Below are positions 10,295 to 20,880 of a DNA stretch of 64,000 nt, in pieces. The stretch is from an uncultured Candidatus Saccharibacteria bacterium. Lineage in GTDB: Bacteria; Patescibacteriota; Minisyncoccia; Phycocordibacterales; UBA5272. How positions within the stretch are numbered: position 1 is the stretch's first letter; each line of letters begins with the position of its first letter. Both the position numbers and the translations under genes were made by a program. The notes beneath the pieces were generated by a model that was not told the DNA's origin, did no database searches, and saw only the letters and a list, made by a program, of their open reading frames with translations. The stretch spans positions 48,227 through 112,226 of the forward strand of contig CAZEDG010000001.1 of NCBI GenBank assembly GCA_964510805.1, in the 5' to 3' direction.

Positions 10295-10729
10295 ATGCTT
10301 ATCGGAAAGTACACACACGACCTAGATCCAAAGAAACGCCTCACTCTACCTTCAAAGTGGCGAAATGATCTTGGTAAAAAAGTTGTAGTGACAAGCGGTC
10401 TTGACGCATCGCTGTTTATTTTTCCGATACAAGAATGGGAAGTTGTTGCACAAAAACTTGCTTCATCTTCCTTTGGTAATCAAGATACTCGTAGCTTCAA
10501 TCGTTTTATCCTTGGTAATGCCTTCGAAACTGACGTAGATGCTTCTGGACGTATCGTGATACCTGATTCACTTAAATCATTCGCTCACCTTAGCGAAAAA
10601 GTTGTTCTCGCAGGAATGTATTCCCGTGTAGAACTCTGGGATGAAAAAGCTTGGGAAGCAAATATTTCTAAGGTTAACGGTGAAGCCGATATCTTAGCTT
10701 CTCGTTTAAGTGAGTTAGGAATCTTATAA
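10295..10729 (+). CDS. mraZ: division/cell wall cluster repressor MraZ
   Basis: DPKKRLTLP, DASGRIVIP, RVELW. Confidence 0.95.
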   Translation: MLIGKYTHDLDPKKRLTLPSKWRNDLGKKVVVTSGLDASLFIFPIQEWEVVAQKLASSSFGNQDTRSFNRFILGNAFETDVDASGRIVIPDSLKSFAHLSEKVVLAGMYSRVELWDEKAWEANISKVNGEADILASRLSELGIL

Positions 10730-10740
10730 TCCACTCTTGT

Positions 10741-11631
10741 ATGCATATCCCTGTACTTTTACATGAATCAATAGAGGGTCTTTCTATTAAGGGGGATGGT
10801 ATCTATGTTGATTGCACCACTAATCGTGGAGGCCACAGCGTAGAGATCGCTCGACTCCTTAACGAGAATGGCACGCTTATCTGTATCGATCTTGATCAGA
10901 AAGCCCTAGAGGAAGCGCGAGAAAAGATAGAAGCATGTAAACCAAAAGCAAAGCTACACTTCATCAACTCGAACTTCAGATTCTTAGAATCAATTCTTAA
11001 AGATCTAAAGATTTCCCATGTAAATGGAATTCTTGCAGACCTCGGAATTTCTTCACAGGAGCTTGATGATTCAGGAAGAGGGTTCACTTTTCGTTTTGAT
11101 GAACCGCTTCTTATGACATTCAATGATAAGCCTGCCGAAGATGAGACGACCGCGTATGACATTGTTAACTGTTGGAGTGAATCAACAATAGCTGATGTAC
11201 TCTTCGGATTCGCAGATGAGCGTTATTCGAGACGTATTGCAGAAGCAATTGTTAAGCAAAGAGAAGTTACTCCAATTAAGACAACATTTCAGCTTGTAGA
11301 AATTATCAAAAACGCAGTCCCTGCACTCTATCGTCATCGAAAGACCCACTTCGCAACAAAAACATTCCAAGCGCTTCGTATGGCAACGAATGACGAGATA
11401 GGGAGTATCAATGATTTGATCGACCAATTCCCAAAAATTCTCGCATCCTCAGGCCGTGCCTGTGTCATTACTTTTCATAGCACTGAAGACAGGATTGTTA
11501 AACATAAACTCCGTTTTCATGGAGATACGCTTAGGATGATTAGCAAAAAAGCAATTATTCCAAGCGACGAAGAAATCAAAGAAAACGCAAGAGCGCGTAG
11601 TGCACAACTAAGAATCGTAGAAAGAATTTAA
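10741..11631 (+). CDS. rsmH: 16S rRNA m4C1402 methyltransferase
   Basis: HIPVLL, GGHS, DLGISS, FQALR, FHSTEDR. Confidence 0.97.
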   Translation: MHIPVLLHESIEGLSIKGDGIYVDCTTNRGGHSVEIARLLNENGTLICIDLDQKALEEAREKIEACKPKAKLHFINSNFRFLESILKDLKISHVNGILADLGISSQELDDSGRGFTFRFDEPLLMTFNDKPAEDETTAYDIVNCWSESTIADVLFGFADERYSRRIAEAIVKQREVTPIKTTFQLVEIIKNAVPALYRHRKTHFATKTFQALRMATNDEIGSINDLIDQFPKILASSGRACVITFHSTEDRIVKHKLRFHGDTLRMISKKAIIPSDEEIKENARARSAQLRIVERI

Positions 11632-11656
11632 CAACCATAGACCAAAAAAGCACATT

Positions 11657-11974
11657 ATGAACACAACATACAACGTAAAACACTTGCAGGAAAAAGGGGC
11701 ACATCTTATGCTTGCTTCTCTTGTTGTGTTGGCGCTTGTATATTGTGGAATTATTCTTTCGCTAGTGTTTTCTGTAATTGAACGTAAACAAAACACCATT
11801 GCATCTCGTGAACTTTCTTCAGAATTAAGTGCGCTTGAAGCAAAGTATGCAAATACTGTAGCGTCGATTTCTGATGCTGATCTTACTGCTCACGGATTTA
11901 AGCATGTAGATAACGCAACATTTGCTGTTCGCAAAGACGATATCGCAAGTTATACTGTGCTTTATGCACGCTAA
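11657..11974 (+). CDS. FtsL-like division protein
   Basis: TM plus short coiled coil between rsmH and a class B PBP. Confidence 0.55.
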   Translation: MNTTYNVKHLQEKGAHLMLASLVVLALVYCGIILSLVFSVIERKQNTIASRELSSELSALEAKYANTVASISDADLTAHGFKHVDNATFAVRKDDIASYTVLYAR

Positions 11975-13715
11975 CGTTTCTCCTTCTCCTCTTACAAAAG
12001 ATCAAGAATTAAGATCTAAGGATCGAATTGATCTTATTCTTTTCTTTTGGATACTTTTTGCTCTTGTTATTCTCGGTAGAGCTTTTTATATTCAAGTACT
12101 TAAACATGAGTACTATACTGATCTGGCAAGCAAGCAGTACGTATCTAAGATACCGATTAACTTCGATCGTGGGAATATTTATTTTGGCGAACGAAAAGGT
12201 GCGCCTGTTCCTGTGGCTCAACTTACTACACGATATCGTATTGCCATTGACCCAACTCAGATTAAAGATAAAGAGGCTTTGTATCGGGAATTAAGTAAGG
12301 TACTTACACTTAACCATGATGAGTTTATCCAAAAAGCAAGTAAGATAAATGATCCCTATGAAGAAATAGCAAAAGATGTCTCACAAGAAGACACTGTACT
12401 TCTTAAGGCAAAACGACTTAAGGGTGTGACGTATGCTAAAGATAACAAAAGAACATATCCTCAGGACAGTATTGGAGCAAAACTTGTTGGATTTGTTGGG
12501 AGTAATGGAGTCACGACACGAGGGCAGTATGGCCTTGAGCGATATTATGACGATGTTCTTTCTCGTAAGAGTAATGACATGACGGTTAATTTTTTTGCAG
12601 AGTTGTTTACCGACATTAATTCTGCAATTGTTTCTAATGCGGACAAGCAAGAAGGGGATATTATTCTTACGATAGATGCAGAAGCAGAGAGAGCGCTCCA
12701 TCAAACACTTCTTGAGACAAGAGAAACATGGAAATCAGATACAATCGGTGGAATTATTATGGATCCTAAGACAGGAAGAGTGGTTGCAATGGACGCACTC
12801 CCTACATATGATCCAAATATGTTCACTGAAGTAAAAGATGCCTCTCTATTCGTAAACCAAAATGTTTCCGGTGTGTACGAGATGGGAAGTATTATTAAGC
12901 CTATCACTGTAGCCTCCGCACTTGATTCACAGGCAGTTAATGAAGCGACAACATATAACGATACAGGGTTTAGAGATCTTGATGGCTACAAGGTACGTAA
13001 CTTTGATGGTAAACCTCGTGGACCAGGAACAACAATTCAAACCATTCTTGATAAGTCACTTAATGTCGGTATTGTGTTTTTGGTAGAAAGATTAGGCATA
13101 AAACAATTTCAAACATATTTTAAAAAATTTGGTATCGGTAGTGAGACTGGAATTGATCTTCCAAGCGAAGCAAGTGGACTTACAGATAACTTAGAGAGTA
13201 AGGTTTTTGTTGATAACGCAACTGCGGGATTTGGGCAAGGAATTGCTATTACTCCTATACAGACGATACGAGCTCTTGCCGTGCTTGGTAATGGAGGCAA
13301 GCTTGTCTCTCCTCATGTTGTTGATAGTATTGTCTATCAAAATGGCGATGTGAAGAAACCTGATTTTGGTGAGGATGAGCAAGTTATTGATCCAAAAACA
13401 AGTGAGACTATTTCTCGCATGCTTGTCCATGTGGTTGATCATGCACTTAAGAATGGTACTTACAAAATGGACCACTATACAATCGCAGCTAAGACAGGTA
13501 CTGCACAGATGGCAAAACCAGGAGGCGGATATTACGAAGACAGGTACCTCCACTCATTTTTCGGATATTTTCCAGCGTACGATCCTAAGTTTATCGTTTT
13601 CTTATTCCATACGTATCCAAAAGGTGCCGAGTATGCGTCCGCGACGCTCACTGATCCTTTCTTTTCTCTTGTAAAATTCCTGATTAGTTATTACGAGGTC
13701 CCACCGGATAGGTAG
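11964..13715 (+). CDS. ftsI: class B penicillin-binding protein, FtsI-like
   Basis: RGNIY, SIIK, SLN, KTG; dcw position. Confidence 0.85.
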   Translation: MHANVSPSPLTKDQELRSKDRIDLILFFWILFALVILGRAFYIQVLKHEYYTDLASKQYVSKIPINFDRGNIYFGERKGAPVPVAQLTTRYRIAIDPTQIKDKEALYRELSKVLTLNHDEFIQKASKINDPYEEIAKDVSQEDTVLLKAKRLKGVTYAKDNKRTYPQDSIGAKLVGFVGSNGVTTRGQYGLERYYDDVLSRKSNDMTVNFFAELFTDINSAIVSNADKQEGDIILTIDAEAERALHQTLLETRETWKSDTIGGIIMDPKTGRVVAMDALPTYDPNMFTEVKDASLFVNQNVSGVYEMGSIIKPITVASALDSQAVNEATTYNDTGFRDLDGYKVRNFDGKPRGPGTTIQTILDKSLNVGIVFLVERLGIKQFQTYFKKFGIGSETGIDLPSEASGLTDNLESKVFVDNATAGFGQGIAITPIQTIRALAVLGNGGKLVSPHVVDSIVYQNGDVKKPDFGEDEQVIDPKTSETISRMLVHVVDHALKNGTYKMDHYTIAAKTGTAQMAKPGGGYYEDRYLHSFFGYFPAYDPKFIVFLFHTYPKGAEYASATLTDPFFSLVKFLISYYEVPPDR

Positions 13716-13746
13716 CATTTCATTTTTTCTGATATAGTAAGGCAAT

Positions 13747-15201
13747 ATGCCCATCAATCCTTCACGTGTTCGCACGCTTTCATCATCTTCTTATAAAGAA
13801 GGTGTTGTGGTGTATCAGATGGGGAGAGATTTGCGTGCACATGATAACGATGCGCTACTTTTTGCGCAAGAGCTTGCACATAAAGGCAAAGCACAACTGA
13901 TTGTTACCTATGTGATCTGGAATTATATGTGGGAAGGTGCAACACGAAGGTTCTATGATTGGGTCATTCTTTCACTTCAGGAAATAGAAAAAACGTTGCG
14001 CGCGCATAACATCCCGCTTATGATTGTCTTTGAAGAAAAGAAACTTTTTGAAGACTCGAAGAGGATTCCTGTACCGCCTTCTGTTGGTGCGGTCGTGATT
14101 GATCAGATGCCTCTTCGCTACATGAGACGATGGAAGTCGTTATTCTTAGAAAATAATCCCCATGTTCCTCTTTATGAGGTTGATGCGCATAACTGTGTGC
14201 CGACCTGGGAGGCCTCTTCTAAGGAGGAATTTTCTGCAAGAACAATACGACCCAAGCTTCACAAGAAGCTTCCTGATTTTTTGGAAGAGTTTGACACGCT
14301 TCTTGTACACGAGTATGGTTCACTTGATACTTTTCCTCCTATTGATTGGAAAGAAGTCAAAGAAAAGATTGTGTGTAATGAAAAGATACACGGCGTTGGA
14401 GGCTTTTCTCCTGGTGAACAAGAAGCAAAGAAAATGCTCGAGTATTTTCTAGAACATAAATGTAAAGGATATGAACATGATCGTAATGATTTTACAAAAG
14501 ACGGACAGAGTAATCTCTCACCATATATTTCTCATGGTAATCTTTCACGAAGAAGAATTCTTCTTGAGCTTTGTAAAAAAGAAAAATGCACACCGGAAGA
14601 ACTTTTTTCACCGCGTGCTAATGGTTCAAATGGAGCTATGGGGTCAGTTGCATCATTTGTTGAAGAGTGTTTTGTAAGAGCTGAGCTTGCTGAAAATTTT
14701 TGTTATTATAATGAGAACTATGATAGGGTAGAAGGTTTTAAACCGTGGGCACAAGAGACTCTGCGTGCAAGAAGACAAGATACGCGCGCGTATTGCTATG
14801 CAAGAGAAGTATTTGAAGAAGCTCGTACCCATGACTTGCTGTGGAACTCCGCACAAAGAGAGCTTATTCTTACAGGTAAAATGCATGGTTATCTGCGCAT
14901 GTATTGGGCGAAGAAAATTCTCGAGTGGTCAAAGGATGAGCATGAAGCGCTTAGGGTTGCGAATTATCTTAATGACACTTACGAATTAGACGGGAGAGAT
15001 CCTAACGGGTATGTTGGCTGTGCTTGGAGTATAGGCGGAGTCCATGATAGACCGTGGTTCCCTAGGCCAATATTTGGCACTATCCGCTACATGGCAGAGA
15101 GTGGCGTAAAGAAAAGAGGGGATATACAGCTCTATTGTGATACATATCGTGATAGCGACATTGATAAGCAACAAAGCTTATTGTATACCATTCCCAATTA
15201 A
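13747..15201 (+). CDS. phr: class II CPD DNA photolyase
   Basis: EVDAHN, SNLSPY, MHGYLRMYWAKKILEW, DGRDPNGY. Confidence 0.92.
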   Translation: MPINPSRVRTLSSSSYKEGVVVYQMGRDLRAHDNDALLFAQELAHKGKAQLIVTYVIWNYMWEGATRRFYDWVILSLQEIEKTLRAHNIPLMIVFEEKKLFEDSKRIPVPPSVGAVVIDQMPLRYMRRWKSLFLENNPHVPLYEVDAHNCVPTWEASSKEEFSARTIRPKLHKKLPDFLEEFDTLLVHEYGSLDTFPPIDWKEVKEKIVCNEKIHGVGGFSPGEQEAKKMLEYFLEHKCKGYEHDRNDFTKDGQSNLSPYISHGNLSRRRILLELCKKEKCTPEELFSPRANGSNGAMGSVASFVEECFVRAELAENFCYYNENYDRVEGFKPWAQETLRARRQDTRAYCYAREVFEEARTHDLLWNSAQRELILTGKMHGYLRMYWAKKILEWSKDEHEALRVANYLNDTYELDGRDPNGYVGCAWSIGGVHDRPWFPRPIFGTIRYMAESGVKKRGDIQLYCDTYRDSDIDKQQSLLYTIPN

Positions 15202-15295
15202 CGGTATTAAAAGTGGTCCAAAAATCTACAAAAGGCAATGCTGTACTTTTTTATAAAATATGGTATAATTATTATCTCAGTACTCTCCATTACTT

Positions 15296-16570
15296 ATGAA
15301 AAATACATCTCCAAAAAAAACATTCTCAGGTTCCGCTAAAGGTCATACTCGCAAGAGCGCTAGTTCAAAGTATGGCAAAAGTTACACTACTTCAGAAAGA
15401 AAAGAACGGCCTGCACAGCGTCCTTATGTTCGTGATACTAAGTATGGCGCTAACGCTAAGTCTTCTTCATACCGTGGAAAAGATTTTCGTGAAGAACTAG
15501 AAAGAAAGAGAGACGAAGGGCCTGTCTATGCAAAAAAGTTTACACCACGAATTTATTCGTCGTCAGCATCATCTTCATCAAAGTCTGCGTATAAAAGTGA
15601 TAATCGTACCGCGTATAAAGAAAAGAACGAGCGCCTTTCTACTGCAGATCAATTCAGGTCACGAACACCTTCTCGTTTGATGAAGAAACCAGACTATAAG
15701 GATAAAGGTGTAAGTACAAAAAGATCAAAATTTACCCATGACTCAAAGAGTGTGGACAGTAAAACTTTGCATACTACTAATAACTCTCTACCTTCCAAAC
15801 ATGATACTTCTTGGGGAGGTGTTGCGACATGGTATGACGACCATCTTGAGAAGAGTAAGGATACATACCATGAGAAGGTGATCTACCCAGGCCTTCTCCG
15901 TATTCTTGGTGATGTAGAGAAGGTAACGCTTCTTGATCTTGCGTGCGGGCAAGGGCAGTTCTCTCGCAGGGTGGCAGAGAAAGGGGCTACAGTGACAGGT
16001 GTTGATCTTGGTAAAGAGCTCATCACTCTTGCAGAAGAAGCAAATGTAAGTCTTTCCAAAAAGGCAACAAAGGTTACGTATTATAACGGTAGCGCAGATG
16101 ATTTGTACATGCTTAAAGATAATTCTTTTGATGCTGTTGTCTGCGTGCTTGCACTTCAGAATATCGAACAGCTACAGAAGACTGTAGGAGAAGTATCTCG
16201 AGTCCTTAGAGATGGAGGAACATTTACTTTTGTACTCAATCACCCTTCTTTTAGAAATCCAAGAAACACAAGATGGTCATATGATGAGGATGAACATGTG
16301 CAGTATCGACGAGTTGATGAGTATATGAGAGAGTCGTCAGTTAAGATTGATATGACACCAGGAAATGCTAAGAATAAAAAATACACTGTTTCTTTCCATA
16401 GACCACTCCAAGTATATGTGAAGGCTCTTAGTAAATGTGGGCTCATGATTACCTCGCTTGAAGAGTGGGTAAGTCATAAAGAAAGCGAAGAAGGACCACG
16501 ACAACTTGCTGAGAACAGGTCAAGAAAAGAAATACCTCTCTTTATGTGTATTTCCACGAGGAAGGTATAA
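15296..16570 (+). CDS. class I SAM methyltransferase with long basic disordered N-terminal extension
   Basis: LDLACGQG, HPSF, FHRPL; first ~165 aa K/R/S-rich. Confidence 0.85.
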   Translation: MKNTSPKKTFSGSAKGHTRKSASSKYGKSYTTSERKERPAQRPYVRDTKYGANAKSSSYRGKDFREELERKRDEGPVYAKKFTPRIYSSSASSSSKSAYKSDNRTAYKEKNERLSTADQFRSRTPSRLMKKPDYKDKGVSTKRSKFTHDSKSVDSKTLHTTNNSLPSKHDTSWGGVATWYDDHLEKSKDTYHEKVIYPGLLRILGDVEKVTLLDLACGQGQFSRRVAEKGATVTGVDLGKELITLAEEANVSLSKKATKVTYYNGSADDLYMLKDNSFDAVVCVLALQNIEQLQKTVGEVSRVLRDGGTFTFVLNHPSFRNPRNTRWSYDEDEHVQYRRVDEYMRESSVKIDMTPGNAKNKKYTVSFHRPLQVYVKALSKCGLMITSLEEWVSHKESEEGPRQLAENRSRKEIPLFMCISTRKV

Positions 16571-16695
16571 AAAATTCCTTTTTGTAAGAGGTGAAAGAAC
16601 TTAAGTATTACATCCCTATTTTCTTTATTGTCAAGGATTTGAAAAAAATAACATGATTCCCTCTATGTCTATCTCATGGTATAATTTCAAGTACT

Positions 16696-17367
16696 ATGAA
16701 AAAAATGTCACAATTCTTTAGAACCCCACAAGGGAAGTTCTTGGGTGGTATTGCTATAATTATTATTGCATTGTTTGGGTATTATTTTGCTTCTGATGGA
16801 TCAAAGAGTGCTCCTGTAGATGTGCCAGTTGTGAGTGTTGAAGATCATCTTCGTGGCGCTAAGGATGCGCCTCTTACACTTGTTGAATTCGGTGACTTCC
16901 AGTGTCCTGCATGTGGTGCGTATGAGTCTATTGTGCGTCAAGTTCTTGCTGATAATACAGGAAAGGTAAAGATTGTCTTCAAACATTTTCCTCTTACTTC
17001 GATTCACCGTAATGCACTTCTTAGCGCTAAGGCATCAGAAGCTGCATCGCTTCAGGGTAAGTTCTGGGAAATGCATGACATGCTCTATGATAAGCAAAGT
17101 GAATGGGGAGAGTCTCTCATGGCTCGTGATCTTATTCTTAATTATGCAACAACACTTCGTCTTGATCTTACTAAGTTCAAAGCTGATCTTGAGAATAAAG
17201 CAATAGAAGAAAAGATTCTTGCACAGCTACGAGAAGGAACACGTCTTGGTGTACAAGGAACTCCTACTTTTTATTTAAATGGAGTCAAGCTTGATCCTAG
17301 TGATACTGCGGGTGTAGAAACCTTCAATAAGACAATTAAGTCCGCACTCGCTAAACCAATCGAGTAA
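16696..17367 (+). CDS. DsbA-family thiol-disulfide oxidoreductase
   Basis: TM anchor, DFQCPAC, HFPL, GTPTF. Confidence 0.92.
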   Translation: MKKMSQFFRTPQGKFLGGIAIIIIALFGYYFASDGSKSAPVDVPVVSVEDHLRGAKDAPLTLVEFGDFQCPACGAYESIVRQVLADNTGKVKIVFKHFPLTSIHRNALLSAKASEAASLQGKFWEMHDMLYDKQSEWGESLMARDLILNYATTLRLDLTKFKADLENKAIEEKILAQLREGTRLGVQGTPTFYLNGVKLDPSDTAGVETFNKTIKSALAKPIE

Positions 17368-17372
17368 TACGT

Positions 17373-17606
17373 ATGATAAAAGAATTTCTCCTCAAACAGG
17401 CGGTAAAGCATGGTGCCAAAAATCTCCCAAAGGATCAAGCGGAGATGCTCCAGTCTGCTGTAGAAAAGAACCCAGAACTTTTTGAAAAGATTGCAAAGGA
17501 TATTGAAGCACTCAAAAAATCAGGCAAACCAGAGATGTATGCAGCGATCGATGTAATGAAAAAATATCAAAAAGAGTTACAAGAACTTTTTGCAAAACCT
17601 TCTTAA
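17373..17606 (+). CDS. small helical hypothetical protein
   Basis: 77-aa ORF coupled to the DsbA gene, followed by terminator. Confidence 0.7.
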   Translation: MIKEFLLKQAVKHGAKNLPKDQAEMLQSAVEKNPELFEKIAKDIEALKKSGKPEMYAAIDVMKKYQKELQELFAKPS

Positions 17607-17626
17607 GATAGATTTCGTCTTAATAC

Positions 17627-17658
17627 AAAAAATGCACATTAATGTGCATTTTTTGTTT
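17627..17658 (+). terminator. intrinsic terminator
   Basis: aaaaaatgcacattaatgtgcatttttt palindrome with U tract. Confidence 0.7.
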
Positions 17659-17692
17659 GCTTGGAGTTATCCACACTTCGTTCTATTGAATT

Positions 17693-17706
17693 AGAACAAT
17701 CGTTCT
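17693..17706. promoter_or_regulatory. LexA box (GAAC-N4-GTTC)
   Basis: AGAACAATCGTTCT overlapping the lexA promoter. Confidence 0.8.
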
Positions 17707-17720
17707 AGTATGCTCAAGAT

Positions 17721-18284
17721 ATGAGAGACGAAGAAAAACTTACACATTTTTATAACGAACACAGACGCATGCCGTCGTACGAAGAGATGAAAGAGCTCTT
17801 CGATGTCGCTTCCAAGAATACCGTATCCTACCGAGTAAACAAGCTTATCGAAGAAGGGTTTCTGGTTAAGGAAGACGGCAAGCTCTTCTTAGCGGAGATT
17901 GGCACAGTGCTTCGATTGGGGACTGTACAAGCTGGATTTCCTACTCAAGCAGACGAAGATGTTGCGACAGAACTTCTCTCGCTTGATGACTTCCTGGTTG
18001 ATCGAAAAGGTTCAACATACATGCTCGAAGTTGTCGGAGAGTCTATGATAGAAGCAGGTATCTTAGAAGGGGATCTCGTTCTTGTAGAAAAAGGCAGAAC
18101 TGCAAGAAAGGGAGATATCGTGCTTGCCCTTGTCGATCATGAGTATACGCTTAAGTATCTCGATCAAGAAAAAGGTAAACCAGTACTTATTCCCGCCAAT
18201 AAAAAGTTCAAAAAAATCTACCCCAATCCAAACACACTCAAGATAGAAGCAGTACTCAAAGCAGTTATTAGAAAGTATCGTTAA
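17721..18284 (+). CDS. lexA: LexA-family repressor (HTH plus S24 peptidase)
   Basis: PSYEEM HTH, AG cleavage site (QAGFP), GESM, TLK. Confidence 0.88.
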   Translation: MRDEEKLTHFYNEHRRMPSYEEMKELFDVASKNTVSYRVNKLIEEGFLVKEDGKLFLAEIGTVLRLGTVQAGFPTQADEDVATELLSLDDFLVDRKGSTYMLEVVGESMIEAGILEGDLVLVEKGRTARKGDIVLALVDHEYTLKYLDQEKGKPVLIPANKKFKKIYPNPNTLKIEAVLKAVIRKYR

Positions 18285-18309
18285 CAAGAGCTATCTCTCT
18301 AAAAACACT

Positions 18310-18420
18310 ATGAAATTTTTTAACTACACTATTGAAGTCAAGCAAGCAGATCAAGTGATTAAACAAAGCGAACTCATCCATATCAGTAGAATTGGAGACT
18401 TCGCAAAAAGAATCGCCTAA
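18310..18420 (+). CDS. 36-aa small ORF in the lexA cassette
   Basis: MKFFNYTIEVKQADQVIKQSELIHISRIGDFAKRIA*; below ORF-track cutoff. Confidence 0.4.
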   Translation: MKFFNYTIEVKQADQVIKQSELIHISRIGDFAKRIA

Positions 18421-18495
18421 AAAAGTATTAACCATCAACCGCTTCCTTGTATTTACCAATTACTAATAACGAATTACTAATAACCATTAACTAAC

Positions 18496-18939
18496 ATGTC
18501 CTCCCGCGCAATCATTCGCCTCACTCTTCTTAATAGAGAAACCTTCACCCTTAACTATAGTCGTCGTATGTACGCAATCATAAGGAGGTACACTCCTTCT
18601 GCTCAAGAAGGTGGTAAGAATGAGTGCTTTGCAGAGCTTACCGGTCTTAGAACATTTTTCAAGATGACGTACCAAGAAATTGCTAAGAAGATAGCAGGTG
18701 ATATTAAGCGAGAGATCGGCCATGAATGCACGCTAACGGTTACTTCTCCTACACGATACGATTCGCTACAAAGGAAAGACACCAAGAAAAGGAGTATTAG
18801 CACCTACTCAGAAATTAATACTCTTTTTGCTGGCAAAAAAGTATCTAGTATACAAAAGCGAGCACTTGCAGAAGTAACGACAGCACTTAAGAAGCGTCGG
18901 GTAAGGCTTACTGTTCCTTTTATCGGTAAGGTTAAGTAA
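18496..18939 (+). CDS. miniaturised DinB/UmuC-like (Y-family polymerase) derivative
   Basis: YSRRMYAIIRRYTP..GKNECFAELTGLR..IAKKI..EIG resembles the Y-family palm (SIDE replaced by GKNE); only 147 aa. Confidence 0.65.
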   Translation: MSSRAIIRLTLLNRETFTLNYSRRMYAIIRRYTPSAQEGGKNECFAELTGLRTFFKMTYQEIAKKIAGDIKREIGHECTLTVTSPTRYDSLQRKDTKKRSISTYSEINTLFAGKKVSSIQKRALAEVTTALKKRRVRLTVPFIGKVK

Positions 18940-19125
18940 TTCTACACGTTATGTCGCGTACACTTGTCATGAAATGTCTTCTCGTATGGTTAGCTACTCT
19001 TGTATAATGTTGATGATTGTTTGGAAACCTAAAGTTTATAAACATTAATTACTATGATAGTGTCCTAACAAAAAAGCGCTAAGAAGAGAAGTTCTTTCTT
19101 AACGCTTGTGTCCGCTTTCTTTTTT

Positions 19126-19554
19126 TTACGCAACCGATTCGAAACAAGAAAGCTTGTGAAGCCTCTCCTTTACATTGAGAGCTATTCTTTCAGGGGTTTC
19201 CTCTTCCTTTGTATTAAGGAAGATAATTTGTTTTTCGGTTAATCCTAGGAAACTAAGTGGTTGTTTCATCAAGTCTTGTCTAACTTGTGGTGCTGTCGAT
19301 TTTTTTGAAGCTCTCGGTATCGATCCTCCAAATAGCCAAGACAATCTGCCGATCACAACAATGACATTGTTTGATTCCTGATGAGATATGACCAACTCCA
19401 GTGTTCCAAGGTTAGTGGAAGTATAGAGTATTTCTTCGACACCAAGATCACCTTTTTGTCTCTCAAGAGCAGAATATTTCGCTGTTCTCTGTGAGCGTGA
19501 TATGTCATCTGCACAGATGACAAGAGTAGGACGGTTCGTGTTGGGGTGACGCAT
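19126..19554 (-). CDS. orphan hypothetical protein
   Basis: TAAGGAGGT SD; TTGCAA-N17-TATAGT. Confidence 0.65.
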   Translation of the reverse strand: MRHPNTNRPTLVICADDISRSQRTAKYSALERQKGDLGVEEILYTSTNLGTLELVISHQESNNVIVVIGRLSWLFGGSIPRASKKSTAPQVRQDLMKQPLSFLGLTEKQIIFLNTKEEETPERIALNVKERLHKLSCFESVA

Positions 19555-19744
19555 GGATAACCTCCTTATGGTTGGTAATTACATTGAAGAACAAAAGCAG
19601 TCTCCACTATATACGATAGAAGAAATTATTGCAAACAGAAGGTTGATGATTAGTGGTTTTATCTATGCTAGAATACTCGCACTAAGATACAATGACCGTC
19701 ATTGCGGACCCATTGCAATGACGGTCATTGTGTCTCATCTATCT

Positions 19745-20785
19745 ATGCTCAAGCAGTATCAGTACACAATACAAGAGAAGTCCATTCGGAAAGAACCGCT
19801 TAATGAGCGGGATACTTCGAGGATTTTTGTCTATGATACTGCGACTGATACGATCACTTTTGATTATTTTTACAACCTTGCGAAATATACTCCTGAGCAC
19901 ACCCTTCTTGTGCTTAATGACACAGGCGTGATTCCTGCACGTGTTACATTCAAAAAACAAACAGGGGGCAAAGTGAAAGGCCTCATTCTCCTAAACGAAG
20001 GACTTACAGAAGAAGGCGAGGTTGGAGCTATTGTTGATCGTAAGATTACTCCTGGTCAAGATCTGTATATTGATTCTCATCATTTCAAGGTGACAAGACA
20101 AGAAGAATCTAAGTTTTTTCTTAAGCCAATGTTTGCTGAGACTATAAGCGAAGTCCTCTTACATCACGGTACTACACCAACACCCCCATATCTTGGTAAG
20201 CAATCACTTGACGAAGAATCGCTTCGCACTAGGTATCAGACGATTTTTTCAAAAGAAAAGAAATCAGTCGCAGCGCCTACTGCGTCACTTCATTTTACTG
20301 AAAGAGTTTTTGCAAGATTAAAAGAAAAAGATGTTACAAGTGCATATATAACGCTTGATGTTGGTCTTGGGACTTTTGCAGAAGTAAAAGAAGAGCAAGT
20401 GCAGTCAAGAACGCTTCATAAAGAGCATGTCTTCATCTCAAGTGAAACTTGTAAGCAAATACAAGAACAAAAAAAGAATCGGAGGCCTGTGCTTGCAGTT
20501 GGAACAACTGCAGTAAGAACGCTTGAGTCACAAAAAGATCATATTCTTCAAGGTGTTGGATCGTATCAAGGTGATACATCGTTGTTCATTCTTCCTCCTT
20601 ATGATTTTAAAATTGTCGATCATATGATTACTAATTTTCATGTACCAGGATCAAGTCTTATGGCGCTTGTTGATGCTTTTCTTTTGCACAAAAAAGCAAA
20701 AAGAAGAATTCTCGAGCTTTACGAAGTCGCACAACAAGAAGGATTCACTTTCTACTCCTTTGGTGATTCGATGGTGATTATCTAA
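19745..20785 (+). CDS. queA: S-adenosylmethionine:tRNA ribosyltransferase-isomerase
   Basis: NDTGVIPAR, PPY, RYQT, AAPTASLHFT, AVGTT, TNFH, FYSFGD. Confidence 0.95.
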   Translation: MLKQYQYTIQEKSIRKEPLNERDTSRIFVYDTATDTITFDYFYNLAKYTPEHTLLVLNDTGVIPARVTFKKQTGGKVKGLILLNEGLTEEGEVGAIVDRKITPGQDLYIDSHHFKVTRQEESKFFLKPMFAETISEVLLHHGTTPTPPYLGKQSLDEESLRTRYQTIFSKEKKSVAAPTASLHFTERVFARLKEKDVTSAYITLDVGLGTFAEVKEEQVQSRTLHKEHVFISSETCKQIQEQKKNRRPVLAVGTTAVRTLESQKDHILQGVGSYQGDTSLFILPPYDFKIVDHMITNFHVPGSSLMALVDAFLLHKKAKRRILELYEVAQQEGFTFYSFGDSMVII

Positions 20786-20880
20786 ATATTTTACCCGAAC
20801 CGTAAGTATGGACATAAACATAATTATATGTTATATTATACCCCCTACACATGGTGTGTAGTTTTTTGCGGAGTAAAACC

